This document shows positions 1 to 12,141 of a stretch of 64,000 bases of DNA, piece by piece. Position 1 is the first letter of the stretch. The number at the start of each line of letters is the position of its first letter. The stretch lies in contig CM022671.1 of NCBI GenBank assembly GCA_012295275.1, positions 2,852,001 to 2,916,000 of the forward strand, in the 5' to 3' direction. This stretch comes from Chrysomallon squamiferum (taxonomy: Eukaryota > Animalia > Mollusca). Below the pieces are notes generated by a model. It ran no database searches. It was not told the DNA's origin and worked only from the letters and a program-made list of their open reading frames with translations. The position numbers were made by a program, and so were the translations under genes.

Positions 1-475
1 CATCTTTCAGTTATTTACTTACTTTCTACTAATTAGTTATTTTATATTTTATGTTAAAGTACGACGTTTATTTTCAGTAATCCAAACGATAATCTCTATA
101 ATTACATAAAGCAATGGACTGATAAATAACAATACACGAGCAAAAATAGATATTTTTTATATAAAAAGTACGAATGACTAATTCTATTCATTGTATGTAA
201 TTTTAAATATTTCATTTTACATAAATAATTAATCTTAAAAATTCAATATTCGGAATAAACGATTGTTATATATAATGAAAAATCCTTTTTTCAATTCCAT
301 TGATGAAAAACAAGTTCCGAAAGATACGCCGCCGAAATCCGAGTTACGAGCGAGCTTAAGATACGCCGCCGCTAGTTGGTGCAACGAACAACACAACATC
401 CGGCAGGCATCCCAGGTCTGTTGTGTTGTGCTCGCGTTTTGTGCAGTATTTTGCCAAATTTCTTTTTTTCTGACC

Positions 476-715
476 GTGGATCCTAAGAAAGTGAGTGCAA
501 AGGACAGTGCTGAGAAGAAGAAGCGGATGATGTCAATTGAATTAAAGCTTGAATTCATAGAAAAACATGAGCGAGGTGTGCATGTAGTCGACTTGGCTTG
601 GCAGTACGAGCATAGTACTTCTACGATATGTACCATACTGAAGCTGAAGGGTCGATAAAAGCTGTAACTCCAACTAAAGGCGTTAAAATAATCTGTCTGA
701 TCTCCAAGATAAATA
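476..715 (+). mobile_element. Tigger/pogo-family DNA transposon fragment (N-terminal CENP-B-type HTH of the transposase), truncated and frameshifted
   Basis: Translates as (V)DPKKVSAKDSAEKKKRMMSIELKLEFIEKHERGVHVVDLAWQYEHSTSTICTILKLK, then after a frameshift near 650 continues SIKAVTPTKGVKII. This is the Tigger-type psq/CENP-B HTH pattern. The segment is GC-richer than its flanks, and no DDE domain follows. Confidence 0.8.
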
Positions 716-1561
716 CACTTTACAAAAGCATATTATTTCTTTACATTCTATTTTATTTTGTTGTTTTTTTATACAATATTTGTCATTTATAAATACATTT
801 TTCTTATTTAAAAACACGGTACAATATAAAAAATGGTGGGTTTTTTTTTTTTGGGGGGGGCTGGTAACAAACACTCAAATTTCCAGACTGCACCCAGTAT
901 AGTAAGTACGTAACGCAGCACTGGGCAAAGTGTATATAATGATCCTTTCAACAGATTTTGGTGTCGATGAAATAAAACCAAACTCATTAACAGTAAATAA
1001 TATTAAGTCATCCATGAATATGAAATGAAAAAAAAACCCAACAACAACAATAGTAACTAATTAACTACATAAATAAAGAAAGAAAGAAAGAAAAAACAAC
1101 AACAACAACAGCAAAAATAATGCTTTATCACTACCAACAGCATCTTTTATTGGTTACACAAATTTAAACTGTAATCAATCATACATAATTATGAGTAGAC
1201 AAAAATGTTTAAAAGGCATTGCCTATCAGCTATTACCTTGGTAAAACAAAATATTTATTAATATTATTTCAAGTCGACTGATAATATATTCATATATGTG
1301 TGGAACAAATAAGTCAAATGTCTAGAATGTTAGAGGAACAATTCTGTGTAGTAATAGTTTGGTGTCTACTTTTGATGAAAGAACTTTCGGCATAAATTAC
1401 AAAATCATTGTTGTTGATTTTTTGTTTTTTTTCCATGTGCTTAGCTTAGAATAGTTCAAAATCGACATGATAAATTGTGTTGTTGTTATTCTCTTATATT
1501 ATATAATGGAAATTTGTCCAATCCAAGGCTCTAATTGTTTACAAAATCAAGATAGAATTAC

Positions 1562-1565
<4 letters not shown>

Positions 1566-1644
<79 letters not shown>
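1566..1644. repeat. (AG)n microsatellite
   Basis: Pure GA dinucleotide run; an (AG)n run sits at a similar position upstream of paralog C (49665-49746). Confidence 0.98.
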
Positions 1645-1645
<1 letters not shown>

Positions 1646-1679
1646 ACAAAGGATAAGTGTTGTGAAGATTTGTGGTAAC

Positions 1680-2067
1680 TTGACTGTGACACACTGTCAC
1701 AAAACGAATAAGTGTCTTAGTACATAAGCAATAAAGTGGCATCCGTAAAATAAATAAATAAATAAAAACAACCCATTAATCAAAATCAAAAAGCCAAAGA
1801 AAAAAAAATTAATTTTTTTACCATGTGTTTACATAATTTACATTTCAACTGCTATTTGAATACATCAACAACAAAAAATAAATAAATAAATTTCGAGGAA
1901 AAGAAATACTATCCGGTTGATAAAAGTATATAAATTTGTCGTTATATATGGTTCGCTCAGTTATAACAAAACACCTGACCTAAATGTGTGAATTCGCTGT
2001 TTGGTTTTAGTGTGTCAAAACGGGCTTAGTAACGATCAAGGAAGCATATCCAAAATATTAGGTAAGT
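1680..2067 (+). promoter_or_regulatory. Putative promoter and non-coding first exon of paralog A (donor AG|gtaagt after 2061)
   Basis: Block is conserved upstream of C (about 49910-50340, donor after 50333) and partly upstream of D (about 59935-60005, donor after 59999). Each ends in a strong 5' splice site followed by homologous intron sequence. TSS not determinable. Confidence 0.5.
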
Positions 2068-2181
2068 AGATCTACGTGAATTTGAATGTTTTTATTACTG
2101 CTATGGTTGATGCTGCTGTTTTTGCATTGTGAATGTTATTTCAAACGTTGCTTTTGGTGATGATAATGAAAATGCTACTGA

Positions 2182-2212
<31 letters not shown>

Positions 2213-3062
2213 TGCTTATTGTTTAAAACGGTCATTTGTTTTAATAAGTGAGAAATTTAGTTATCTAACGTCTTAAGCTGATTCGCTATTTTTAATTTGA
2301 TATAATACATGGCTGTCTAATTTACTGAACACACAAATGCAGTTAAGTAATGAAAATACTGTATTCACTTTAAGACTCAAAGAGAATAAAAAACTTAATA
2401 TCAAAATCAGTTGTTTCACAAATATTACGTAATGAGGCTACCTCTCACTGATTTTATTTATCCATTCTTCGTTATTCACAACAAGAACAATTTTGTATGA
2501 TTATCTATGTCTGTAGTAAATCCAATCTGAAATGTAGAATAGGTTTGTAACTTTATGTGTGTAAAATATTCTCTGCATTTGTCGACCAGAAGTAGTTTTG
2601 TAGCTAGAGGAAAATCATCTGGCGCTTTGGACTGTAAACAAATAATTATCGCCAGATCACGTGATCAAATACTTCTATTTGGTTGAACGTTTATTTTTAT
2701 TCTACTGCAGTGGAATAAATGTTTATAATTATACCTGTATAAAATTAATTAATTACAACTTTATGTATTTTAGATTTTTAAATCCTACTGATATCCTGTA
2801 AATTCCATAATTTATTTTGCTTTTTAAGCAAGATATAAAGATTCAATTAACTTCTCTCACAGTATTTGTTTCAGGAAAGCCTGAAGCAATGGATTGAAAT
2901 TAAATGAATTTCTGGGATGTAAAACTGCCATTATTCCCTATTTTTCAAGATATCTTCATGTTATTGGATCATTAAACTGGTGTTTTCATGTACCTTAATC
3001 ATTTTAATTTGGGAATATTCTTCTTCTTCTTCTTCTTTTTATTATTATTATTATTATTATTG

Positions 3063-3117
<55 letters not shown>

Positions 3118-3269
3118 TTATTTATTTATTTGTGTGTGTGTGTTTGTGTGTGTGTGCGTGTTTGTTTTTGTGGGTGCATTTGTGTCGTTTTGTTGTGTTT
3201 TGTTGTTGTTGGGTTTTTTTTGGTTCTTTTGGGAGGTGGATTTTGGTCAGGTTCACATTTTATATAACT

Positions 3270-3640
3270 GAATAAAGCAGCCGCATTTCAGGCTGTGTGA
3301 ACTGTATTTGGTAAGGAAGTCCGCATTCAGTAGTGCTTCTATGATCTCACTCAATCACAGAACCAAACAAGAACAACCAAAATGTCAAACATTTATGTGG
3401 CATGTTGGAATGAAATGGTGTTGAAAACATCATGCAATCTCTACAAAGAATTGCTATGTCAAAAGCTAATGATTTGGTAGGCTATTTTGATTCGACTTAT
3501 ATGAATGAACACTACAAGAAATTATTTAGAAACGGCTGTAACATCATCAGTAACATTCCTAAACAGTTTCAAGCAGACGTCTGGTGTGCACTGGAGTCAA
3601 CTCTCAGTGAGTGGGAAGGTTGGAACAACACGTTTTTTTC
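3270..3640 (+). mobile_element. Decayed Mutator-like (MULE) transposase fragment
   Basis: Pieces read AAFQAV*TVFGKEVRIQ*CFYDLTQS, LVGYFDSTYMN and WEGWNNTF, resembling MULE motifs (AxxAVxxVF...CxFHxxQ; RTNNxxEGWNN). Homologous decayed copies lie at about 35000-36550 and 59360-59690. The C-terminal tail resumes at about 4660-4870. Confidence 0.6.
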
Positions 3641-4659
3641 TATTTTCACGGTGACTAGTCGGATTGGTATTAATACCTTAAAGTTGGCTCGTCCCGTCTA
3701 AGGGTTAACAGACTATAAAAGCGTCACGTGACAAAGTGTTAATGACCTGAGGCAGTTTAAACTACTAAAAGACTAGTTTGTATCCACTAGAGAATAATAA
3801 CGCAAACAAGAATTGAATATGAGTAATTGTTTCATGTATCACATAAATTAACCATCAATGGCACAAAAATATAATTTAATCGTAAGATTCTCACGAAATA
3901 ATGCAAATGGAAATAACGTTGACATATCCTATTCTGATTAAGCCCACTTGGTAATGTTAACTTTCTAACTAATCTTTTAGTTATTAAAATAAGTTTGTTA
4001 TTTAGTTTTCAAGCGTAAGTACCACAGAATAACCAACAGAAATATACTTGGCTATCTTCTACCAGCCAGCAAGTATGTTACATAAAAGACATTTAAACAT
4101 AATTACCAATCCCTGAATGATCCTTTGTCTTGAGTACCCGTCCCTCAAACAACGTGACGCAAGACCGCGCACTGATCAAAGGATCGTCGTCAAAACGTGC
4201 TCAGAAATATAAAGTCCTGAATTGATGAAACACCTCAGTAGCCTTTCTCAAATTTCTTTCTACTTTAAATGCTTATTCTAAGTTAGTTAATCCCAGTGTT
4301 TATCTTTTTATAAAATTAGGGAACTTCCCCTAATTATATAATGTAGGTTCTAAACAACCAGTGGACGTCTGCAAACTCTGTTATTTTGTTTTTGTGTAGT
4401 TATCACCATATTCCGACATTAATTAGTTAAACACTGTAGAACCGCAAAAATGTGAATTTGTAAACATGGTTATACATTAAAGCTTAATAAATATTACTGT
4501 AATATAATAATATACTAAATATAAAATGTAGCACACATTCTGCTTTAAACGGGCATATAGAAATAAGTGTTTTACGAATTTTATGTAACGGACTAAAGAG
4601 ATTACAAAATATGATGAAAAACAAGTCAGGCAAAGAAGCACTAATGAGATTCCGTCACA
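3641..4659 (-). mobile_element. About 1-kb insertion splitting the MULE remnant; possible solo LTR
   Basis: Sequence on either side is contiguous in the homologous MULE copy near 36270-36300. The minus strand begins TGTGACGG (LTR-like terminus) and has TATAAAAAG near 4303-4311. The other terminus and the TSD are not clean. Confidence 0.35.
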
Positions 4660-6598
4660 CTTGTCGATCACCATCACAAGTTAATTTGAAAAGTTATAAG
4701 GAGTCCGAAACTAGAGAAGATAAGGTGGAAAGTCCAGCTGCAAATCAGGCTGCAGAACCTCTGTACTGATTACAATATCGATCGTTGTAAACTTAACAAC
4801 TTTCTCAGGTCTCTTGGCGACAACATTTGATTTGATAACTGAGAGGCTGTAATGTGATTCTGAATTGCAAATGATTAACTGTTTTGTTAGAATGTTTGTC
4901 TTAGTTATTTCTGTTTAATATAATTGAGTATTTCTGTTTAATATAACTCACTTGTATGATTAATATACATAAAATAAGTTAACTATTTAAAAACCTTCAA
5001 TTAAAATTTTACTGAAGTTTCGTAAACAAGTATCGAGTTTTATTGATTTATTTTCAAATAAATAATTATTCTTATACCTTTATATATATGTTTTCGCTAC
5101 CCTGCTGAAAGGTCCGATAATAAATTATATACTGACTCAGAAAATATTCATCATTTAGTTCTGAAGTTGATACCAAATTCATATTTAAGGCTTCTATAAT
5201 TATTTTTTATTAGATTATATCCGAACTGATTGCATGGATTCCTTTTCAAACTGACAAGAGAAGTGTGAGAAAAAGTCAGTCCATGCATCTCTTGGTATTT
5301 CTGCATATCCATTTGTTTTAGTTTTTAACACTGATATATACAGAAATCTATTTTATGGTTATTATTTACTGTCAAGGATCTCTTTTGGGTACCGCTGGCA
5401 TATAATCGATAAATTGTAATTTACGTCAATATTTGTCATTTATCCTTTTTTCGTTATTCAGAGCATAATGATTTAAAATAAATCTGATGATAAATACAAC
5501 AATAAATAATAACAGTAAGTCACCCAGTACAAACTTCCTTCTTCAGTCTTTTCTTCAGTTTGACATTTGCTTCAGAAAATCCGCTCCTTTCGAATTATTG
5601 TAGACAGATTAGTAGGGTATTAGTATTAGTATTACCTCATAAAAACATTACTAAAACAAACAGTCGAAGACTTTTAGTTCTATTACAGTTAATAATTAAC
5701 CTGAAAGAGATGGAGAAATTTTACCTATTGTGGAGCTAAATAATGAATCTTTAAATTCAACATTGGGAATAAACATTTTGTTATAAGTTATAAAAACAAA
5801 TACAAATATATATATATATAATCAATAATCCGTTTTGCAATTATATATGTTAATTCCATTTAAAAAAAAAGGTTCTGAAAACTACGTATTTAAAATAAAT
5901 ATAATATAATATAATATAGTATAATAAATGACAAAAAACAGTTAAGAAAATTAGATGATATATTATATAATTATAACAAAGTTATCAAAAAAAACCAAAA
6001 AAAAACAACAAATATTTATACACCAAAAAAAAAAAAAAAAAAAAAAAAAATATATATATTAAAATAAAATAAACCAACATTGGTTAATAGATGTGGATTT
6101 TGGTTTATAAAAGTTACATTCGGTATTTATTATCATGATTATTTTTTATTTGAAACAATCAACTACAACAAAATAAAATACATTATGACCGTCTTGTGAC
6201 ATAGTTTTTCTTCCCTACTTTATAGATCTCACAATTTATCGTTCATTTCTTTTGTTTTTCTATCCACAAAAATTATGAGTACGCATCTCAAAACTCTGAG
6301 TATTATGCAATGCTTTAATTTTTGACATACCCATTTGTTTGATTATGCGACATCATTTTTGCTTAAATTTGATCATTGTATAAACCTTCTTTTTGTCATT
6401 TTACTTATATACTCTTTTTTTTATTTTTTTATAATCCACTTGAAATAATAATTTAAATATTTCTTTGTAGGTTATTAATATTATTGAAGAAAACATCAGT
6501 TAGTAATCGTGGATGAGGGTAATGTTATCATATCTCTTGGATACAAACATGGACTGCTAAATTAGAAGAGGGATCTTGTTGTAACAAAATCAATAGTT

Positions 6599-8786
6599 AT
6601 GACATCAACTGACTTGAGACAACCAGGAAAACCACAGGATGCAGATATTGGCTGTGACTATATATCTCTCAGCTGGGATAAACCACAAAACGACGAGGAG
6701 ATAGGTTATTATGAAATCAAAATGAAGCTTGTTTCTGAAACAGCATGGTCAAAAATTCCACACATTACAGATGACAATTCTACTTGTAAGACAATAACTG
6801 GTCTTCAAAAGGATACTGCATATCAGTTCAAAGTTCGAGCACACTTTGAAGAAGAGGTAGGTCCCTTTAGTGAGAACAGTGATCCTATTGTAACAAAATC
6901 AGTAGCTACGACATCAACTGACTTGAGAAAACCAGGAAAACCAGTGGATACAGATATTGGCTGTGACTATATATCTCTCAGCTGGGATAAACCACAAAAC
7001 GATGAGGAGATCAGTTATTATGAAATTAAAATGAAACTTGCCTCTGAGACAGCATGGTCAAAACGTCCACTCTTTACAGATGACAACTCTACTTGTAAGA
7101 CAATAACTCATCTTAAAAAGGATACTGCATATGAATTCAAAGTTCGAGCACACTCTGAAGAAGAGGCAGGTGCCTTCAGTGAGAAGAGTGAATGTATCAT
7201 GACAGAATCAGAAGATACATTTGGGAAGCCAATAGCAAAAGGAACTGGAGAAGGTAAGTAAACATAGTGTTCACATCACATCTATAGATGACAGACATCA
7301 ACCATGAGTTTGACTACGTCAACAAAGCATCTACAACAGAGAGTGTGTCCATAAAGGAAGAACAAGGTAATTTAAGCCAGTTATTAAATAAATCTTTGAA
7401 TGATAGCATGATATACTTGTAGAGAAGAGTTGCTCTGAGGAATATTTGTAGTTCTCATAGTGGACCCATTAAGCTATCTACAAACAAAAACATTCTCCCA
7501 CAGTTTGTCAGATAAACGCCATTATATGCAAAGAATAGAAAACTTCCCTTTCAGATTTTGTTGATTTCATTTTTCTTCTTCTTCATCTTTTTTTTTTTTT
7601 TTTTTTTTAAATCTGTGTCAAATTTGTTATCAAAATCATTTTTGAAATCTAGAAGGCTAAATGGTAATGTCTTCCTACGGATTAAGCTCTGTCACTTTTG
7701 ATGATACAGTTTCATGTAGTGTTTATTTATAATTGCTGAAAACCATCCTCTTTATGTACATACGTACAAACACACACACACACACAGAGACAAATATACA
7801 TCTAGACACAGACATAAAAACTACATTGTTGCTATTTCAAGAGTTATCTTTTATTAGTTGTATTACTGCTAATTAATTATGTTTTAAAATAAAACACTTC
7901 CATTTATATTGTTAAGAAGATAAAAAGACTTTAATTTTTTTTTTTTTTTTTTTCATATCTATTTCATATAATGGACAGTACAATGGATTTCCATATACCA
8001 CATAAATTTATTTCTAATTCTTTACTGATAATTCTAATTCTAGAAAGGACTTTAATACTTTTCTGTTAAGGTAGATATTTTGTATTTTTAATGAAGAGAA
8101 GGGGAGAACCATACACTCATACATTTAATTGTATTATCTGTGTAGGAAAAACATCAACCAAGCCTGGTAAACCTGAGGATACCGATACTGGAAGTGATTT
8201 TATTTGTCTTTCGTGGGAAAAGCCAGAAAGTAAAGATGTGCTTTACTATGAAGTTAAGTATAAATCTGTGAGAGAATCTCTTTGGAAGAAAAATTCTATA
8301 TCAACAACGGATGATCAGCCTATTGTACGTATCGAGGGATTATTACAAGAAACAAAATATGTGTTTAAAGTGAAGGCACAGTTTGAAAACAGTGAGGGAG
8401 AATTCAGCGATGAGAGTTTGCCTATTCAGACAAAACTGTCTGTTTCAACGCATCTTTTACCTCTCTGTGAAAAAGTTGAAGATGGAGAACCATCAGTGTA
8501 CAAACTTCCACTGAGTGAAATTAAAGCATCTAGAAATGATAAGTACCGAACACGAAAATGCGAATTTGGTAAGAAAGAAAATAAATTGCTTTAATCCCTT
8601 TATCTGATATAATTCTATTTTTTAATTAAAAGAGATGTACAGTCACACTTGCACTTGTATTTGTTATAGCAGCAAAGTTACTAATAAATGTTGTGACAAT
8701 TATATGAAAAATTTACAAACCAGAAAAGAAACTGTTTGCAAAATATTTATATTAGGTTCTTTGTTTTATGTTTTGGGTTATTATTA

Positions 8787-8817
<31 letters not shown>

Positions 8818-9607
8818 TTATTATTATTATTTTAAATTCATTGATCATTATATTGGAAAAATATAAACTGTTTATAACATCGTGTTTAATTAGATGGAAT
8901 ATCAAAAAAAACATTCAAAATTAGATAAATCATTTTTGTGATACATTTCTCTCTCTCTTATTAAGGACTGTGGGTGGGTATTATCGCACTTTGAATTCTG
9001 TACATCCATTTCATTTTCTTAGGCGTATCACATAAAAACATTTGACTTTCTTTTTATTTTGTTCAACTATTGTATTTTTTTTATTGATGTTGCAGTTATT
9101 AATATTTCAACATTTTTTTAAGGGTCTTCATCAAAAAACACATTAGAAGAGAAGACAATCCTGATGGTTGGAGAAACAGGATCAGGAAAAAGTACTTTGA
9201 TTGATAGGATGGTCAACCATCTTCTTGATGTCAAGTGGGAAGACCACTTCAGATTCAAAATCATCGACTTAATGCCCGATGAAGAAGAAAATAAAAAGAA
9301 AAGAGTATGTATTCTATCTCACATTTCGGCAAATAAAAGTTCTTAAACTTTCATTCTGTTTTCAGAAATTTTGTCTATCCTGTCCAACATCGCTGCAGAA
9401 AAATAATTATTTTCATTTTCTATTTAGAAATCTATCAAATTTCATTGGCTGAAGTGAGGACAGACTGCTGACTTCTAATTTGGAGTATTTTCTAAATATT
9501 AAACACTTCAACACTTGATTATTGAAATTTCTGGTCTTCCACCAGCTAATTATGTTGCTTCAGTTATTCTGATATATAAAATTATATTCTTTATTATTAT
9601 TATTATG

Positions 9608-9643
<36 letters not shown>

Positions 9644-11023
9644 TTGTTTTTATTTATACTCATCAGAAAATTGTATTTCTCTAATCTCTTTCACATTAGG
9701 AATAAGTTTGTTTTGATAAGGTATTTTATCTTATAGGCTGATACACAAACAGACTGGATCACCAGTTATAAAATACATCCAGAAAACGGTACCCTCAGAT
9801 ATGTTTTAAATGTCATTGATACACCAAGCTTTGGGGATACAAGAGGAATTGAAAGAGATGAACAACTAGTAGAACAAATAAAGCATTTTTTTACAACAAA
9901 AGGTGAGCAAGGTATAGAAACAGTAGATGCTATTGGTTTTGTTGCAAGAGCATCTCAACCACGATTGACCCAGACTCAGAAGTACATTTTTGATTCAATC
10001 ACATCAATATTTGGCAAAAATATGATAGACAATATTGTGCCTATGATTACATTTGCAGATGGTAAAGATCCACCAGTACTGAGTGTACTGTTATCGGCAA
10101 ACATCCCATGCGACAAGTATTTTGTCTTCAACAATTCTTCACTTTTTGCATCTAATACAGAACAAAACAGTTTATCAAAAGTGTTTTGGGAGATGGGATC
10201 CTCAAATTTTGCTGATTATTTTAACTTTATAACGACTCTGAATACACAAAGTTTGCTAGTGACAGGAGAAATACTGGAAAAGAGAAGTGAAATGAAAGAA
10301 ATCATGAAGGAACTCATGCCCCATGTAGGGAAAGGTTTGGAAAAGCTTGATGAATTGATAAAAAAAAGGAAACTTGTAGAACAACTTGAAAAGGAAATAA
10401 ATGATAACAAAAATTTCAGAACCAAGGAAAAAATAAAAAGTTCTGAAAGGAAACCACTGAATGACGGAGAATATGTTACAAACTGTCTCCACTGTCACAT
10501 GACATGCCATTATCCTTGTGGCATTCCACTCACAAGAGACAAAAGCCAATGTTCGGCTATGGACGATACTGGTCACTGTCATCAGTGTCTTGGACGTTGT
10601 CATTGGACCAAACATGAAAGTAGTGATTATAGATTAGTGGATAAAGAAGTTGAGGTGGAGAAAATACTTGAAAATATGAAAAAGAAATATAAACTTGCAA
10701 AGAACGAGAAAGCATCAAAAGAAACATTTGTAGAAGCAATTAAAAAGAAATTTAATAAGGAGAAGGATATAGTCTGTAAACTGTTAGAACGTTTGAGAGA
10801 ATGTACAAATTTCTTACGAGATAATGCTATGAAAGCAAATCCACTGACTGAAGCGGAATACCTTGATATGTTGATTGAAACTGAGAAACAAGACAAAAAA
10901 CCTGGTTTTAATGACCGCATTGAAATGTTGAAAATGCTAAAAAAACAGGCTGAACTGGTTGAGAAAACAACAGAAACTGATGACATGGATGAATTACTGA
11001 AACATCTGAGATTTACAGAATAA
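6599..11023 (+). CDS. Paralog A: 3xFN3 + septin/AIG1-like GTPase + coiled coil + Cys/His knob + coiled coil; exons 6599-7253, 8146-8568, 9123-9304, 9737-11023 (848 aa)
   Basis: GT-AG introns with matching phases (1,1,0) give one open frame. FN3 motifs PGKP..I.LSW..P....YYE.K.K...W and L...T.Y.FKVRA. G1 is GETGSGKST, G3 is DTPS (variant), the G4-position motif is TFAD, and the knob is NCLHCHMTCHYPC..C..CHQC...CHW..H. Exons 3-5 have the same lengths as in C (423/182/1287). Confidence 0.88.
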
Positions 11024-12059
11024 GGTTATAAAAATATAACATACACGTTAAACATGATATAAATAACAAAGCTGTCGGTGATATCTTATAAACATCAAAA
11101 TGTTGAAAAAATTGCCTATGGCCACAGAAAACTCAATGTTTTTGAATTGGTCAGTGAAACTTAGATTTCTGAAAAACATCAAGAAAATATTACCTTGGTC
11201 ATAGAAAAGTAGTGTTTTCCTTATTTACAAATAGTGTTGCTCAGTTACATAAAATAACAGATTTAAATTTTATAATATTGGTCACCATTTAAATACTAGT
11301 AATTAATTTCTCAGTTGAATAGCCCAATGTTTTAGATAAATACTGCTTTTTCGCGTCACTTTCTTTATATCGAAATACAGAAACTGCTTTCATTAAAATG
11401 GGTCATGTCACTCTGCAACTGAAACTGATTTAGATGTTAAACAAAACGTGTCACACTCAATCTGCAAAAACTGTGCATGGAGTAAAGATCATTCATTCCA
11501 AGATAGATGCACCTATGGAAGCAAACATGTGAAATATAAACAATGTTGTATTATTATTTCTCATGATGTTTTTCATGATGATGAAATCTGACATACTGAT
11601 ACCATGCTGAGTTCACGCACTTTTTCCATTCACTAAGACAGACGTATATTTTCCTATCTTAGTAATTTTCTACATCATTCTTTTATATTCGATTTGTTTC
11701 AATATTTTTGTTATCTGACGGTAATTTTCTGCTTTGTAGTCTTTTTACTTAATTTCTGTAGGTACATATTTTTCTTTTTTAACAGTAATTATGTACTTGG
11801 TTAATGTGCATTTTTCTTAAATTATCTTGTACTTTATTACGGTAATATATATTTTTCTTTCTGCATTTTTTTTTTTTTTTTTTTTATTTGTTTGATTTGT
11901 ATTAGTGTTGTATATTTCTCTTATTTTAACGTGATTTTTTTTAATTTTATACTTGATTTGTGTGGGTCAATAATTTTTTTTTTTATGAGTAATTTTCTAA
12001 TTATTATTTTGTTCTCGATTAATATGCATTTTTCTTAAATTAGGTTGTATTTCACTACT

Positions 12060-12060
<1 letters not shown>

Positions 12061-12137
<77 letters not shown>
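12061..12137. repeat. (TA)n microsatellite
   Basis: Long TA run followed by (TTA)n. Confidence 0.95.

Positions 12138-12141
<4 letters not shown>

Noticed and set aside
1467-1742. ORFs with ERERER/SLSLSL runs (also 49515-49842 and 52719-52907)
   Set aside because: Translations of (AG)n microsatellites.
2980-3275. Hydrophobic, membrane-protein-like ORFs
   Set aside because: Compound (TTC)/(TTA)/(TTTA)/(TG) microsatellite; the same applies to 8635-8924, 9515-9736 and 26711-26893.
10627-10986. 119-aa antisense ORF, with an equal-length counterpart at 56790-57149
   Set aside because: Shadow frame of the Lys/Glu-rich coiled coil; conservation is explained by the sense gene.
9123-11023. Calling the GTPases true septins or GIMAPs with a gene symbol
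   Set aside because: They lack the septin AKAD G4 and unique element, have TFAD instead, and carry FN3 and Cys-knob domains; the family cannot be fixed without a phylogeny.
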